A DNA stretch of 64,000 nt from Anthoceros angustus (Eukaryota; Plantae; Anthocerotophyta): contig MU008193.1 of the NCBI GenBank assembly GCA_010909165.1, positions 310,001 through 374,000 of the forward strand, given 5' to 3'. Below, piece by piece: positions 24,400 to 38,356 of this stretch (position 1 is its first letter; each line of letters begins with the position of its first letter). A model generated the notes under the pieces. That model was given only the letters and a program-made list of their open reading frames with translations, had not been told where the DNA came from and searched no databases. The position numbers and the translations under genes were made by a program.

Positions 24400-27149
24400 G
24401 TAACTAGCGGTGTTAAGGCTTTATCGTAATCCGGATGCATTCAAACATCCATATTTCATTTCCACGAGCTCGAGCCTCTCCTTTTCATCAAGAGTTCGAG
24501 AGTCCGGATCTTTCTCTTACTTCCTCCCGCCAACTTCCGCATGAGGTTTTGAAGATTGCGGGATGGTGATCGCGAGGGCGCTCTGGAATAAGCATGCGGT
24601 CGACCCCTGCGTTGGAGGCGCCGCACGCATCGAAGCGGGAAAAATGCGATGCGAGCAGCGGATCGGCTGCAAGGGCGTCGGATGAGGGGATGCATCCCAG
24701 AATGTGTAACCCCACCCGCTATTATGCAATTGAGAGAATCCTCTCATGGTAGTGTCCGGACGTCCACCTCAAAGGGTACTCAGCGGAGAGGATATGAAGA
24801 CATTGATGGCCTGAGAGCACCAACCTCGGTGGAAATGCATCATGCGATTCCTCATGCTTTTAACTTTGTGGAGCAGCTTTGGTGAAAAGCTCCGATTCTC
24901 TTCGGTACAAACAAAGGGGTGGGTTGTTGCGGAAGAAGAACCGATCCAGTGCCTTGGATTCCACTCGGCCTTATGGATTAACGGTTACAATGGTATTGAG
25001 GGGATTCGTGCAAGAGCTGGATGGATTCTATGTACCGATGGGCGGAATGGGAAGATATGCACATACGCTTTTGGTCACCAAGAAACCTCATTTGCACATA
25101 AACGATGACATCAACACACATCTCCTGCGATAATGGATGCTGCCAAGATAATGCCTCGTCGTGTGAGCCAGTTGAAATCGGCCTTGCGTGATTCCAAAAG
25201 TGTTCAAGATGTAAGTCGGTTGTATGTCATGTATCACTTCCCATTTTCGATTAGGGTTTCGCCCGTATACTCATTGTTTTCCTCTTTAAAATGAGCAGGA
25301 GAACAATTTTGCGTTCTACTCGCTCCGTTGAAGGTCTTGAAGAACAGTGTAGTGATCGAGCCGGTGATCGGGCGGCGGTGCGGCACCGCTTGTCAGGCGG
25401 GCGGTGGGTGTGCCAGCGATGCCCCGGAGAGATGGAGGAGGACGAGGTTCCGGTGAGCCGAGCTCTCCGGAAGAGGAGGCGATCTCGGCCTCGGGTCCGA
25501 TCAGGCGAGCACAGGCGAGGCTCGCAACATGTCCAGTCTTGAATCGAGGCTTTTGAGGAGGAGGTGACCCCTCGTCCGTCAGAAGAGGACCGTCGCCGGC
25601 AGCGGCCAGAAAGAAGAAGAAGGGAATCCAACTGTCCGGGTCTCCGGTGAAGATGAGAAGGCGAATGGCTGGTAAGAATGCTCCTAATGTCTCGCCTCCA
25701 ATTCGAGCATGTGAATTGAAGCATCTTGTTTTGATTTCCATGCGGAGCACACCAATCAAGCGAAGAGGAAGGCAAGATCTCGGTGGTGATGGAGAAGAGG
25801 TGGGCGAGGCGGAAAAATTAAGGAAGTCGAGGAAGCATGCGAGAAGAGGAAGCCGTTGCGGACGGCGACCACGATGCCGAAACTGGAGCTCCTTCGGAGG
25901 ATGACTATCGGAGATGGTTCGCACTGGGCCTACAAGAAGCGGGTGCAAACCACAACATTCGACATTCACATTTCGTACTCGTCACCTTCATTTCTAACGG
26001 CGGATGCTCGGATAAGGAAGGTGGATGAGGCATGGATGAAGTGCCTTGTTCGATGCGAGCGTCTGTGAAGGAAGGGACGCTCCCACTTTTGTGCATGATT
26101 GATCCGGCCGGTGCTTGAAGAAAAAGATGCACCGGAGGAGATCGAGCCCGATTACACCCTAGGGGTGCTTTGGGAGGGAACCATTGCTATGCCGCCATGC
26201 GGAACCATGCGAAATGTATCCGTGAAGATAAATTTCAATGGCTCGAGGCCATGTATGCAGCTTGTGAGAGGAAGAAATGGTCTTTGGCGGTGATCACAAT
26301 GTGTATGCGAGACAAGAGGAAGAAGCTTGGTTTTATTGAACAAGTCCGCTACATACATGATGAGCTTGAGATTTGGCACGGACACACCCGATGGAAAACC
26401 CTCATGCGGTGGAAGTTCAATGTGTACAAGTTCTTTGGGGATCTTTGGAAACTCAAGGACACGGATTATGTCTGAAGATGGTGGGCGGAAGAAGACTGCC
26501 GTTGAGGATTGCGAGTGCGGGGTAAATGTGGGAAACGTGGACACGATTTTCCGAATGTGGGAGAAGTGCGAACTCCAGGCGGCGGGGAGCAGTGATCGGG
26601 GGCAGGCGGGCGAAAGCAAGCACAAACCCCAACCTACAACAGCGGCCCAGGTCCTGGGCCCCCTCCGGCTCCAATGCTCGGAAGGGCATGGAGAGCATTC
26701 AAGAGTCGAAGGGCGAGAAGGTGAAGATGTTGATAGCGATGACCGGAGAAGGTCATCAAGGCTGGTGAAAGATATGGATACTAATGTTGCAGGAAGAAGA
26801 TTAACCTTATCGAGCATGCCTTTGAAGGCTATGAAGTGTGCCACCTTAGAAATTAAATAAGCAGGTTTCCTAAACATCTGAGGCCAAGGCTGGCGAAGTT
26901 TCAAGCAGACTTTTGCGAAAGTGGTAGTGAGCGTGTTCGTTAGGGGAGTGCGTCGGTGCAGTGGCGGTGGCCGGCGCCTCCCCTTCTTGTTTGTTCCGTA
27001 GGCGCAAGGGAGTCGGTCGGTAGGGCGCCTCAGCGTTCTTGCCAGTGACGCACTCGGGGTCTCGGTGGTGGCCACTCCTCCTGCGCCATCCAACATGTTC
27101 AGCTTTGGTGGGGTCAGGGGTTGGCCGTGCCCACACCTAGTCTTATTGT
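24400..27149 (+). pseudogene. ParB-like/MTase B gene, N-terminal part, cut by family A copy 2
   Basis: LWINGYNGIEGIR; GTAAGT donor at 25211; GGNHCYAAMRN (26173)...KLGFIEQVRYIHDEL...WKFNVYKFFG; VDTIFRMWEKCEL. Colinear with gene A. Confidence 0.78.
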
Positions 27150-27429
27150 CTATTAAAAGGGGTTTCTCTTGAAACCCCTTTTTGCAGCCTACAGACGTTC
27201 CGGGACCCCAACTGCGGAAATCCGCCTTTGGAATCGACCTTTTTGGTATTTCTCCATGACGGTCACCATAACATTTCAATTTTTGGTGCGATACGATATG
27301 GGACATTACGCATCGAGAGAAAACCATCCGAGAGACATTCACGATCAGCTTTTCGTGGCCATGCTATTTGTGCACAAACTTGTCGCACTCACATTCATGA
27401 GTCTCAACGATGACATCGGTCTATGTTTC

Positions 27430-30400
27430 TAGCTAGTTTGGCGAATGTTGTCTTTCCGTCCTCGGGGCAGCGATGTCATCGTTCTCTTGCGGTAGGTTGC
27501 GGATCGTAAATAGCAAGAGGAAGATATGGCGTTTCTCCACCTTGGGACTCGCCAAAGCCTCCGGATGTTGGTTGTCCCAAGTAGTCTTTCTTGGTCTTAA
27601 CTTCTTTCCTTACGTTCTTAGGGTTATCGGACCTTTTTGCCATCTTCTCCTTCTTCTTTGCGGCCCTGTGATTGACTCAAGTCTTGAAGGTCGATGGGTG
27701 CGCATGTTCCTTGAACCAAGTGTAGCGTTGCGGCCACGCTTAAGCGATCTCCTGCGCCATCTCTTTGGCAAAAAAACCGGATGTCACGTTTGTGTGGTTT
27801 GGTGGTCAACTCTTCCTAAATGCATGAAACACTTCATGGCACATGTCTGTGTTCGATGAATATTGTGCTCCTCTGTTCTTGGTCAGCACAATCAGTTCCT
27901 CCCTTCGATAATGCATAAGTATTCCACTCACTTCCGAGCATCCATCTATAACCCATTCCCTCTTTAGAATAGGTCATATAGCGGGACCATCAACCCTATT
28001 GGCTTTTGGTAAGGAGAAACAACATGGCCATCGTTGGACACATTCAAAAGTTTCTTCACGGCTCGCTATGTCGAATAAGCGGGCATTGCTCCAATCTCAC
28101 GCACTATTGGACAATGCCGCGCACTTCCTCATATCTTCAGATTGGGTGAACACCATACCCCATCATGTACTCGCGATTCTCGTAAAGTCCTCGTCCAGAG
28201 ACCAAATTGTCTTTCTCCCGGACCATTGTATAAACCCCCCTTTTCACACCATTTTAGCGGTGCATTTGGACATCACATACGTGCGGTCCATGCATGAATA
28301 TCAGCGGAAAGTCTTGCATTCGGTGATTGTCATGAATCCATCCATTATCTTCTCCAAATCCTCACATGTCATCTCCTTATCCCATGTCTCCGATAAATTG
28401 CCCCTTGGTAAATCGGCGACCAACGACTTGTATTCTCTTTTCCCCAAGTAGGCAGCCATTTCACGAATATCACCGGTTATTACACAGTAGCGGACCTTTG
28501 CTTGCTTTTTGAACATGGAAAATGTCTAGTTTTTCGTTGTCTTCCTCTTGACTCTCTCTGCAAATCTTCCACCCTCTTCCAATTTCTTGCCGCATTGATG
28601 TGCTCTTTGAAGCTATCGGGTATCATCTTCTCTTTTGTACTCTTCACACTTGATTATGCACGCAGGATGGAGGCGTTCATAGGTCGAACATGAAGGCGAG
28701 TCGCAAACTAGTTCTTGCTTGCTAACTCGAGTGACAATGTGTACTTACAATGTGATCAAACACGGTTGAAATTTCGCTATATCTTACGGTGTTGAGTGCC
28801 TCGGATATTCTCTCAACGCAAATGAATTGCACCTCGATCCGAGCAAAATCTTGTCGGATGACATTCAACTTCTTGGCCGTTATCCACGTTTTCATGCGCT
28901 CACGGTCAACTCGCCTTGAATCACTTTCTCCGGTAGACAACATAATCCTTTCACTGCTTCCACAGGCATGCCAGAAAACTCTCAATTGGTCGCATGCATT
29001 GGCTTTATCATCAAATTTGGATCCATAATGCGGCTCTGTATCCAAGACCCCACGTTTTGATTTCCCTCTTGCTGCCTTTCTTGGTTACCTTGCTCGAAGC
29101 TCACCCCTCTCCCAAAGATCGAAAACCTCGTCCACCGTGTCCACACATGAGGCGGACACTAGCAATGCTGCAGGCGACGGTCGGTCATTTGCATTTCTTC
29201 CCGATCGAGCGTCGCCGATGGCCTAGCATCCGATATAGATTGTACTTCCAATCCATTGTAATGCTAATACCCTCCTTGAGCGATTTTCATTTCATCGTGA
29301 ATATAGGACTTGCTCAATGAAAGACATCCTCTTAGGAAATCTGCCTTGACATTGTGATCGTGGCGGACACGCATCTCTTTGGTTAAGCTGCATATATGAG
29401 CTTCCATATCTTTGGAAGTGTGAGTTCTCCGGGTCTTGCGTCAGGCGTTGGAGCGCATAGGTGGTTCCCACAATACTCCCATGGTGTCTGCTGCCTTTTC
29501 AACTTGTCTTTGTCAAAGACCTCTCTGCGCACTCCCTTGGATCGATCATACATAGCGGAGAGTACTCCCTCTTGCGGGTCCCTTTTAATTTCCGGAGAAG
29601 ATGTTTTCCCCATGATTCATCCACTCTTGGATCGGCGTCACGAGTAATGTAGTCTGCGCTTCTCGGCTTGGTGATGGCAACCATATCGTATCGGAATGCA
29701 CCTCTTTTGTCTTGACTCTCGAATTTGATGTAGGGTCCTTATCTTTGTTGGGCTCGCTCCACTCTGTCGTTGTCGTCATTGACTTTGGTGATATGCCTGA
29801 CCCGTCGAGTGTCTAAATCAATGTCATTACTCTTCCTCTTTTCCCTTTTGGTTTACCTTTCGTCCTTGCGGTGGCTGGAACATCGCGTCTACCTCCTTGA
29901 GGTTGGTTGTACAGGCTCGCTCCTTCACGATTCTTTGACCCTCTTGTCCAAACTTTGTAGAAGGCTGGGCATCGTCAATGCATGGCGATTCTTGGGACAT
30001 TTGTGCGCGTTTTGAGCCACCCTCGCTATGTATATCCTCTCTGTTGTTGTCGTGCTTCAACTCTCGGTTGTCTATGCATCTCGTCCTCAACATCTTCATT
30101 TGCGGTTTCATGCTCTTCATATTACTTTTCTCCGTCATCCGAATATCTATACTGCTGGTGCAAGTACCTCTCTGTTTCTGTTCCATTGAATCGTCCTTGA
30201 ATTTCCCATATTAGTGATATGGCGGTGCTTTGGTCGTGGTTGACTTTTCCTAGCCTCTCCATCGCTATCTCGGAGGATCGCTTTCCTGGCTTGTTCGGCC
30301 ATCTTCATCATCAACCCAGAACTATTTCTTTTGGACAAGCGCATAGTCCCGAATATACGCATCACAAAGACAACCGCCTCCATTAACCGGATGCATCAAC

Positions 30401-31600
30401 GAAACATCCTTTATTCGGGGTACACAAAGGGGCACCGGTCCTCGTCCCGCACTTCCGGACGGACGAGTCGCATGCGCGCTGAAATGCGCGCAAAGGTCTG
30501 CGCGCGCGCACGCGCAGTGCGCGCAGAATCGCGCGCCGGCGCGCTGATGTCGCAGCGCGCATGCGCGCACTAGGAGCAGTCGGCGCCAAAAGTGCGCGTT
30601 TATCCTCCGCATGCGCGCGCATGCGGCCGGCTCACTTGTGCAGCGGGCACTCATCACGGACTTCGCGGTGGGCCGGGTCGCATCACATACTGAAAGTGCG
30701 CACGTCTCGTCACGCGCACTGGGCGCGCCTCCTCATGCGCGCGCAGTGCGACGAGCTGTCGCAGCGCCTGGTCGCGCAGCATCGCGCACATGCTGCACCG
30801 TCTTGGCACAAGTGCGGCGCCGTCTCATGGTACCCGGTGCGCGCGCTTGCGGATCATCTCCGGCCTGCTGCGGTGATGGTGCAATCACGAAAAATGGGTG
30901 GTCGATTCTCTTCGTCTACATACCTTGTCACTTGTCATGGCGTCGTCCCCGCGGGTCTTGGGTATTGCGCCTTGGAATCGGTTGTCACTCAATACCAGCG
31001 GTGATGACGGTTAGAATTCCTCAAAAGAACTTCTCCTCATTGTGCATATCGAGTTTGATTACGCATTGCGGACTTCATACTTCCAAGCCCATAGAATGTA
31101 CCCAACCACAATCTTACGTGTCCTCAACGCATCCATATACCCGTTCACCGAATGGGATGGGATCAAAATTCTCATGTGAGTCGGTTCCTTCTTCATGTAT
31201 ACCATTCCTTGTCCGGTAATTACGATAGATCTGTGCAAATCTCGATCAACACATTTTTCTAGAGAAAGGATTCTCCAATGTGGTCCACAGCACAATCCAT
31301 CATCGAAAAATTTTGATGCCATCATCAAGCTGATGCTCCCTTGCTTGGCTTGGGCCTCCATGTGATGTCCCTTGTGAAGGCCCACTCTTCCTATCGGATG
31401 CTCCTTGTGGGAGGAGAGTCGACTTTCACGGTGATGGTCGGATGTTGGTGGTTCGACCACCACCCAACCTCCTCTGCTGCACTCGTTTCAGGCTCGTCTT
31501 CGACATTGGCTTCCTTTTGCGTTTTGGAGGTTTGGGGTGAGGTTGAGGCTCTACAAAGTTGGCACATTTTGCACGCACTTGCATGTGGGATGGACATGCT
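27430..31600 (-). CDS. ParB-like/MTase A, copy 2
   Basis: ORF 28301-28516 reads GDIREMAAYLGKREYKSLVADLPRGNLSETWD in frame. Confidence 0.8.
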
Positions 31601-33022
31601 GTCACCCGCGGATGCACACGTCAAGCATTAGAGGAAAGCAGGCACCCAAACCATGCGGGAAAGAATGGAATGTTGAAGTTGTCTTCATTTCATGAAACAA
31701 GCCAAATTATAGATCAGGAAACACTGCTATTTCGGGCTCCCTTTCTGAGGCTCTTCTTCAAGCCTCTTCTTCAGGCTCCTTTCACGCCCGCGACACTCGG
31801 CACAACCAAGCAAGGCATGCCACAAGCAAACAACTGCCTTCCACCAAGGCTCATGACCCAAACAGCGGTGCCTTTCACACCCAAGCACCAAGGGTGCATA
31901 ACATAAGCCAACAGCGGCTGTGCACCAACCACACAGCGGACAGGGCCTTTTGTCACCCACGATTTTGGGCGCACACAGTCGCGAAGACTTCACCAGCGGT
32001 TTGTTCGGACTCGCGGTTGCCTTGCGTCAAACCGCCTCAAGCGCATGAGGTTGCCAACCCGACAGAGGTCTCGGCCTATGTCACTTGGGCGCCTCAACCG
32101 CCGATTCAAAATGCGTGCTGTTCAAAGCGCGAGCCCTTGTGCGGATCGCCTCCAATCAAGGATGCATGTCGCCCACTAGGAGCAGTTCCTTGTCACGGAG
32201 AGACCTCAAGTCGCGGATGCATGAGATGCACTGCGAGCACACAGAGTCGCCCACGGCGCTCTTGCCTATCTCACATGTCGCATCCAGCACGATTCTCGAT
32301 GCAAAACCGCGGATGCCTTGTGTTTGCACGTCAAGCAAGGCGGGCGAGCGCTGTCTTCCTATTGCGCTCAACACCGATTCAGCACACAACTCATGCCCAA
32401 CGCAGTTCCTTGTCGAGAGACCTCAAGTCGATGCACATGGGAGATGCGCCTCAAACACACAGTCGCCCACCGGCAGCGCTTCTGTCACATGTGATCCGGC
32501 CGATTCCCGATCAAAACCGCGGATGCCTTCTATGCAGCAATCGCTCAAGCAAGGCGGGCACCACAGCACGCTCACAGCGGATGCAAGTCGCACACCATCA
32601 GCTCTTGCCCATGTTACTTAGGCGGAAAGGAATCTCAAACTTGCCTAACGTGGGTTAACTAGCTGCGGGTTGAAGGTTGGGTTAGGGTTCCGTTATAGCC
32701 CTTATTTCAAGCGAGCGTTTGGTAATTAACATTGGCGGCTACTATAGGGTTAAACACCCACCATAATCATGTATGCATATTTTAACGTTCAAACACGGAT
32801 GGACAAACTCCATAGTCACTTCTTTCTCATAGTTGACCGGTGCTCCGAAGTTTGAAGGGCGGTGAAATCTGAGCTTCTCCATCCTACTCTGCGGTGAGTC
32901 GGGCGGGCGAATGGAAGGCCATAAGCGGCGGCATGGCACAGGTCTCGAAATGTTTCACGCATTGATGTTTTTGGTGGCACGCCGCCTTTTGCGTCGCGGA
33001 AGATTGAGAAGGTGTGACAATC

Positions 33023-36000
33023 ATGGACACCACTCCGAGCATGGAAGGCATCGGAAGGTCTCTGTCATCGATACAACTCCGGTTGAAGAGAGGGAGGAGG
33101 CCAAGCATTACGGACCACGCCAAATCGGACATTAGGAGCAGTGAAGATGGAATGCGGCAGTGAAATTGTTTCTTCATCGCTCCATGGAGGAGGTCGGGAA
33201 TGATGGGGAATTTTGCGGGAAGGAGGATGCGGGCACGAGAACACCAGCGGTGGCATCCAGGCCGAGCCTTTCACGAATCCTGAGTCCATTGTCGGTGAAG
33301 CGTAGACATTATCAAGCGGAGATTGAAGAGGACCATGAAGGCGGCGTTGAAGAAATACAGCATGGTGCATTCTTGTAGCGGTTGTTTCTTGCAATTGGGA
33401 AAGAAGAATATAGAGAGCCTCGAGATATCGCTTCTTGGGATTGCCTCGAAACGGAGGAAATATATTTGCAAGGATTGCTCGAGGTAGAACAAGCAACCTA
33501 TCTTGATGTAATGTTCTCAATTTTCTCACAGGAGCAGTTGCAATGTTGTGTGAAGTTTGGAAAAGTGTTACGCATTGGATGGCGAAGGTATGAACATTTG
33601 AAGCAGTACTAACGAACACACCATGGTCATCGAATTGAAGTTCCAAGGGCATGGCGAAGATCATGTTACGGAATGCATTGCTTGGATGGAAAAGTTTTCA
33701 AGCTAACGGTGAGCATGCCAATGTTTGATTTTTAACTTGCGATTCATATACCAAAGGAGATATTCGGGACTACAAGCGGGAGGTTTCAAGATTTGGTTTG
33801 ACCAACGTCTCTCATTCTCATACATGCCTTATGGAAGAAACATTTTCCAAAAGTGAAGATACCAAAGTGTAGTCGTTTTCAAAATCGTCCAATGCGAAGC
33901 GTTGAAGGCGACCATCGAGATGACCCGACAGCAAGAACAAGGTATTTCATATCCGAGTTTCCTTTGACTTCCATGGAATCATGAGCACTCCAAGCCTCTT
34001 GTCTGTGCTGCCACACTGCGGGTCGCGCGCAGCGCACACACAGTGCGGCTGGCTCGCGCGTTCACACAGGAGGTAAGCGCGGAAGGTGCGGCGCATTTTA
34101 TGCGCGCTCCCATGGTGTGCGCTTGCGCGCTGCCGCGGCGCACGCGGCCGATGGCTCTTACGCGCAGCGGTGCGTGCGGCGCGCATGCGGCGCCGCAGTC
34201 GCTTGGCGCACGCTTGCGCCCGATCTCTGCGGGCGCACCGGTCGGCGCGCGCATGTGCGCGGCGGTCGGGTCCATGCGCGTCGTGAGACCAAGGACAACG
34301 TTACCATGATCCATTTTTTCTTGTGAGGTCCATGAGCGGCATCTTCGAACATCGGTCGGCGATCAAGGGAGCGACTAAAACTTGCAAAACACCGTTTGAA
34401 GTGTAAAGGCCAACCGAGCAAATACATTGGAATGGCGATAGGCAGGATGGACCAAAGCAAGGCGGAGCTCCCACATTTTCCACCCCTCAAAGTTTTGCGG
34501 ATGGTCTCATCGGGTCCATGTTGTGGGTTGTTTGGTATACAACAACATTATGAAGACCGGTGTTTGTGAACTTCCGAATATTGAAGCCAACAACTATTCA
34601 TATCATCCGGGATGTTATTCTCACATATGAGATGGTTACGCGAAGGCGTTTTACTTGCAAGGACAACACGGCGGAGAAAACAAGAATATGTTGTTGTTTG
34701 CATACTTGAGTATGCTTGTCGAGCGGGTCTTGATAAGGTGAAGGTGGGCTTCCTTCTTGTCGGGCACACACATGATGCGATTGATCAAATGTTCTCGTGC
34801 TTTTCTAAAAGTCTCGAGGCACAAAAAGCAATGTCACTCGAAACCCCTTATGAGTTTGATTCATCGACTTATACACCCAATCCAGTGAAAATGGTTTAGG
34901 GTGGCGATTTCGGGAGCTTTAGCCCAATGGGATGGGTAAAAGAGGACACGAGATGCGGTGAGAATTTGCACAATCATAGTTATCATCAATTCAAAATTTC
35001 AAGGGAAGAAAGAGTGGCGGAGCCATATGATTCTTATGGCAAGGCACTTTCTACTTGTTCACATTGGGAACCGTTGGAGGTTTGGAGTTCCTTGAGAATA
35101 CAGAAAGCGAGATATAAGGGGCGTATGTCCACTTCAAGCGCATGGGAAACCTGGGGCCGCGCCGCATAAATCATTGGACCATTAGGAAAGCCCTCGAAGA
35201 ACCGATGCAAAAATATCTATCTGGAAGACAAAGTATGGTGGAACTCGTTACGGGCATCACGATCGATATTTGCGACAAAATCGGAGGAGGAGTCGAGATC
35301 TTCAAAAGCATGGGAGTGGTACAAGCAGGCGGTGGCGGAACTTAAATCCATTGACGTTCGGATGTCTTTGTCATTCGGCTCCGATTCGCGAACCACAGCG
35401 TCACATGTATGTCGAATTTTAGGCCGCGGAGCGACCATCGAGTTGGCGAGATTCGATGGGGATGTGTCAGATCGAGCGAGGCCATATGATTGCGTCCCAT
35501 GTGGGCAGAATGAGAGCAGGCCTTTGGATTGCAGTGAAGACTTGGATTTCTTATGTGACTGAACCTTACCTAGTTGTCCGGTGGTGGGTGAGAGAATAGC
35601 AATGCGTTTGAGGAAGGTACCTACGGAGGAGATATTGGCTCCACAGCGTGATAGAGAGGGTTTGCGACAGCGGAGGCGACCAAGCACTGGATCATTGTTG
35701 ATATCGGAGACATTTATTTTGGCATCTGGGTTCGTTTGCAAGGATAGCACTCTACAAGTCCGTACAGGAGCTTATCAAGACAAAGCTATTCGAACTTCAA
35801 CATCTACCGGCCGTGGAAGAAGGTATGAGGTTGAAGATAACGGACCACCAAGTTCGGAGGAGATGCATTGGAGGAAAATGATGATTTGGGATGAAAATCC
35901 GCAAATAAGGGTGGTGTAGTTCGGGCTGGTGATGAGACATCCGACTTCGATTCGGCACCAATCGCAACAAGAACCCATGGCGGGCCGGGACTGTGGTGCT

Positions 36001-36066
36001 TTTGAAGGCATGTTTGATGATGATCGGCACAAGGTCCGTCGAAGGCGGAAACACCGTAGAGGATAG
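33023..36066 (+). CDS. Transposase A, copy 2
   Basis: KVKVGFLLVGHTHDAIDQMFSCFSKSL (ORF 34612-34899); ISETFILASGF. Confidence 0.82.
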
Positions 36067-36555
36067 AAAGGTGATAGGGTATTCTTCATAGCTTTAGGGC
36101 ATAGGGTAGATAGATGAGGCATGTCTATGTGGTCCGCCGATTTGTGCAACTTCTTATGTCGTTCCATACATCCAGACCTCGAAGACATATTTCCTCGATC
36201 CAGAATGATGTATTTCCTTTTCGTTTTGCCTTGTCGCGCACAAGTTTGCGCATACCCTTGTTTAGCGGCGCGCCACGCGTACTTAACAGTATACATATAG
36301 AACCACACAAAATTGCGAAACTCGACATGCGAAATTATGGAAGAATTCGGTCATCCACACCTTCAGCAAAATTATCCATGCACACGAGTGCAAGGCGCCA
36401 TCGGTGTAATGACGGACGAAGTGGTCCGGGGCGAGAATGCCGAATCCGATGGATGAACACCTACAAAACTCAACAAAACCAGCCCAACCGGTTTGGCGGA
36501 ATAGGGTTGGGATTTTTCCAAAACCCTTTGACAGCGGAGAAACCCCTTTGAGCAG

Positions 36556-37020
36556 GGCCAAGTGCGCGGCTGGCCGGCGCACTCTACTATCAATTGGTTG
36601 TTTTCAAATCTTGCGGCAAGGAGACATTGAGGATTTGGAAAGCTGCCAAAACCATTCCAAGATTTTGTTTATAGCGCTGGCTGAAGCGGATGGAAGAAGG
36701 CGAAAACAAATGGCGACAAGGACATGGATCTGCGGTGGCGGTTTGAGTGCACAGGTCTTGGACAAAGTGGCATATCGGTGGTGCATCGAGACATTTTGGA
36801 TATGAAAGGATTATGTTTATGCTGCTGAGAAAGTGATTCAAGCCGGGGAGGCTTTGAGGTCGTGGTGCGGGAAAAGAGTTTAGGTATGGGAGAAAACCAA
36901 CATCCCACGAGCAATTGTGTGAAGCAGTGGAATATTTGGCTGGGAGCGGTGAAGGCGAGTCAATGTCGGAAAAGCTCCTCTCTTTGGCAAAGACATCAAG
37001 CAGTGCTCCCAAGAGTTATC
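36556..37020 (+). pseudogene. MTase B continuation after family A copy 2 (partial; lacks the ~150 bp segment carrying DLPRG)
   Basis: Matches 57817-58435 except for the segment equivalent to ~58075-58235. Confidence 0.72.
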
Positions 37021-38277
37021 AGGCATGGGATAAGGAGATGACATGTGAGGATTTGGAGAAGATAATGGATGGATTCATGACAATCACCGAATGCAAGACT
37101 TTCCGTGATATTCATGCATGGACGGACCGGATGCGGGATGTCAAAATGCTGCGAAAATGGTGTGAAAAGGGGTTTATACAATGGTGCAGGAGAAAGACAA
37201 TTTGGTTTCGGACGAGGACTTTCTGAGCTGCAGTACATGGCGATGGGGTATGGTGTTCACCCTCTTGAAGATATGAGGAAGTGCGTGCATTGTCCAATAG
37301 TCTGGCGAGATTGGAGCAATGCACGTTTATTCGACATAAGCGCGTGATCGTGAAGAAACTTTTGAATGTGTCCAACGATGGCCATGTTGTTTCTCCTTAC
37401 CAAAAGCCAATAGGGTTGATGGTCGCTATGACCTATTCACGAAGAGGGAATGGGTTATAGATGGATGCTCGGGAAGCGGAGTGGAATACTTGCGGCATTC
37501 TTGGAAGGAGGCGTATTCTTTGTTGACCAAGAAACGAGGAGCACAATATTCATCGAGCAGTATTACAGGCCATGAAGTGTTTCCCTACAGACGAGGAAGA
37601 GTTGACCACCAAACCACACGTGGACATCCGGTTTTGCCAAAGAGATGGCGGCGGGGAGATCGTTAAGCCGGGGCATAGCGCTACACTTGGTTCAAGGAAC
37701 ATGCGCACCCATCGACCTTCAAGACTTGAGTCAATCAGGGGGGAAGAAGAAGGAGAAGATGGCAAAGGTCCGATAACCTAAGAACACAGAAGGGAAAGAA
37801 GGCGAGACCCGGAAAAGCGACCCTACTTGGGACAACCAACATGCAGACGTTTGGGTTTGGCGAGTCCCAAGGTGGAGAAAGCCATATCTTCCTCTTGCTA
37901 TTCACGATCCATAGCAGTGCAAGAGAGCGATGACATCGTCGTCCGAGGGACGGAAAGACAACATTCGCCAAACTAGCTAGAAACATAGACCGATGTCAAC
38001 TGTTGGAGACTGTTTAAATGTGAGTGCGCGCACAAGTTTGTGCACAAATAGCATGGCCAGTCTGAAGGAAAAATCTGATCGTGAATGTCTCTCGATGGTT
38101 TTCTCTCGTAATTTCGATGCAGAATGTCCCATATCGTGTATCGCACCAAAAATTGAAATGTTTGCGGGTGACCTGTCATGGGAGAAATACAAAAAGGTCG
38201 ATTCCAGCGGATTTCCTACGGTGCGGTCCGGAACGTCTAGAAGCAAAAGGGTTTCGGAGAAACCCCTTTTAGAACAG
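37020..38277 (+). pseudogene. Duplicated 3' half of MTase A and right TIR of family A copy 1
   Basis: EWVIDGCSGSG in frame at ~37448-37480; TIR at 38257-38277. Confidence 0.78.
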
Positions 38278-38356
38278 ACGCATAACCTATCCACTCTGCC
38301 ACCACGACACCTTCCCATAGTCCAAAGACTAGTAGGAGTCCATGGTCAATCGAAAA

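Larger units (their letters stand above)
27150..36555 (-). mobile_element. Family A transposon, copy 2 (inverted), inserted in the MTase B gene
   Basis: Reverse complement of 11294-20828 end to end; termini CTATTAAAAGGGGTTTCTC and GAGAAACCCCTTTGAGCAG; carries variants that differ from copy 1 and are shared with copy 3. Confidence 0.87.

Noticed and set aside
26152-27342. 396-aa minus-strand ORF
   Set aside because: Antisense shadow of gene B that runs across the family A insertion boundary; no motifs.
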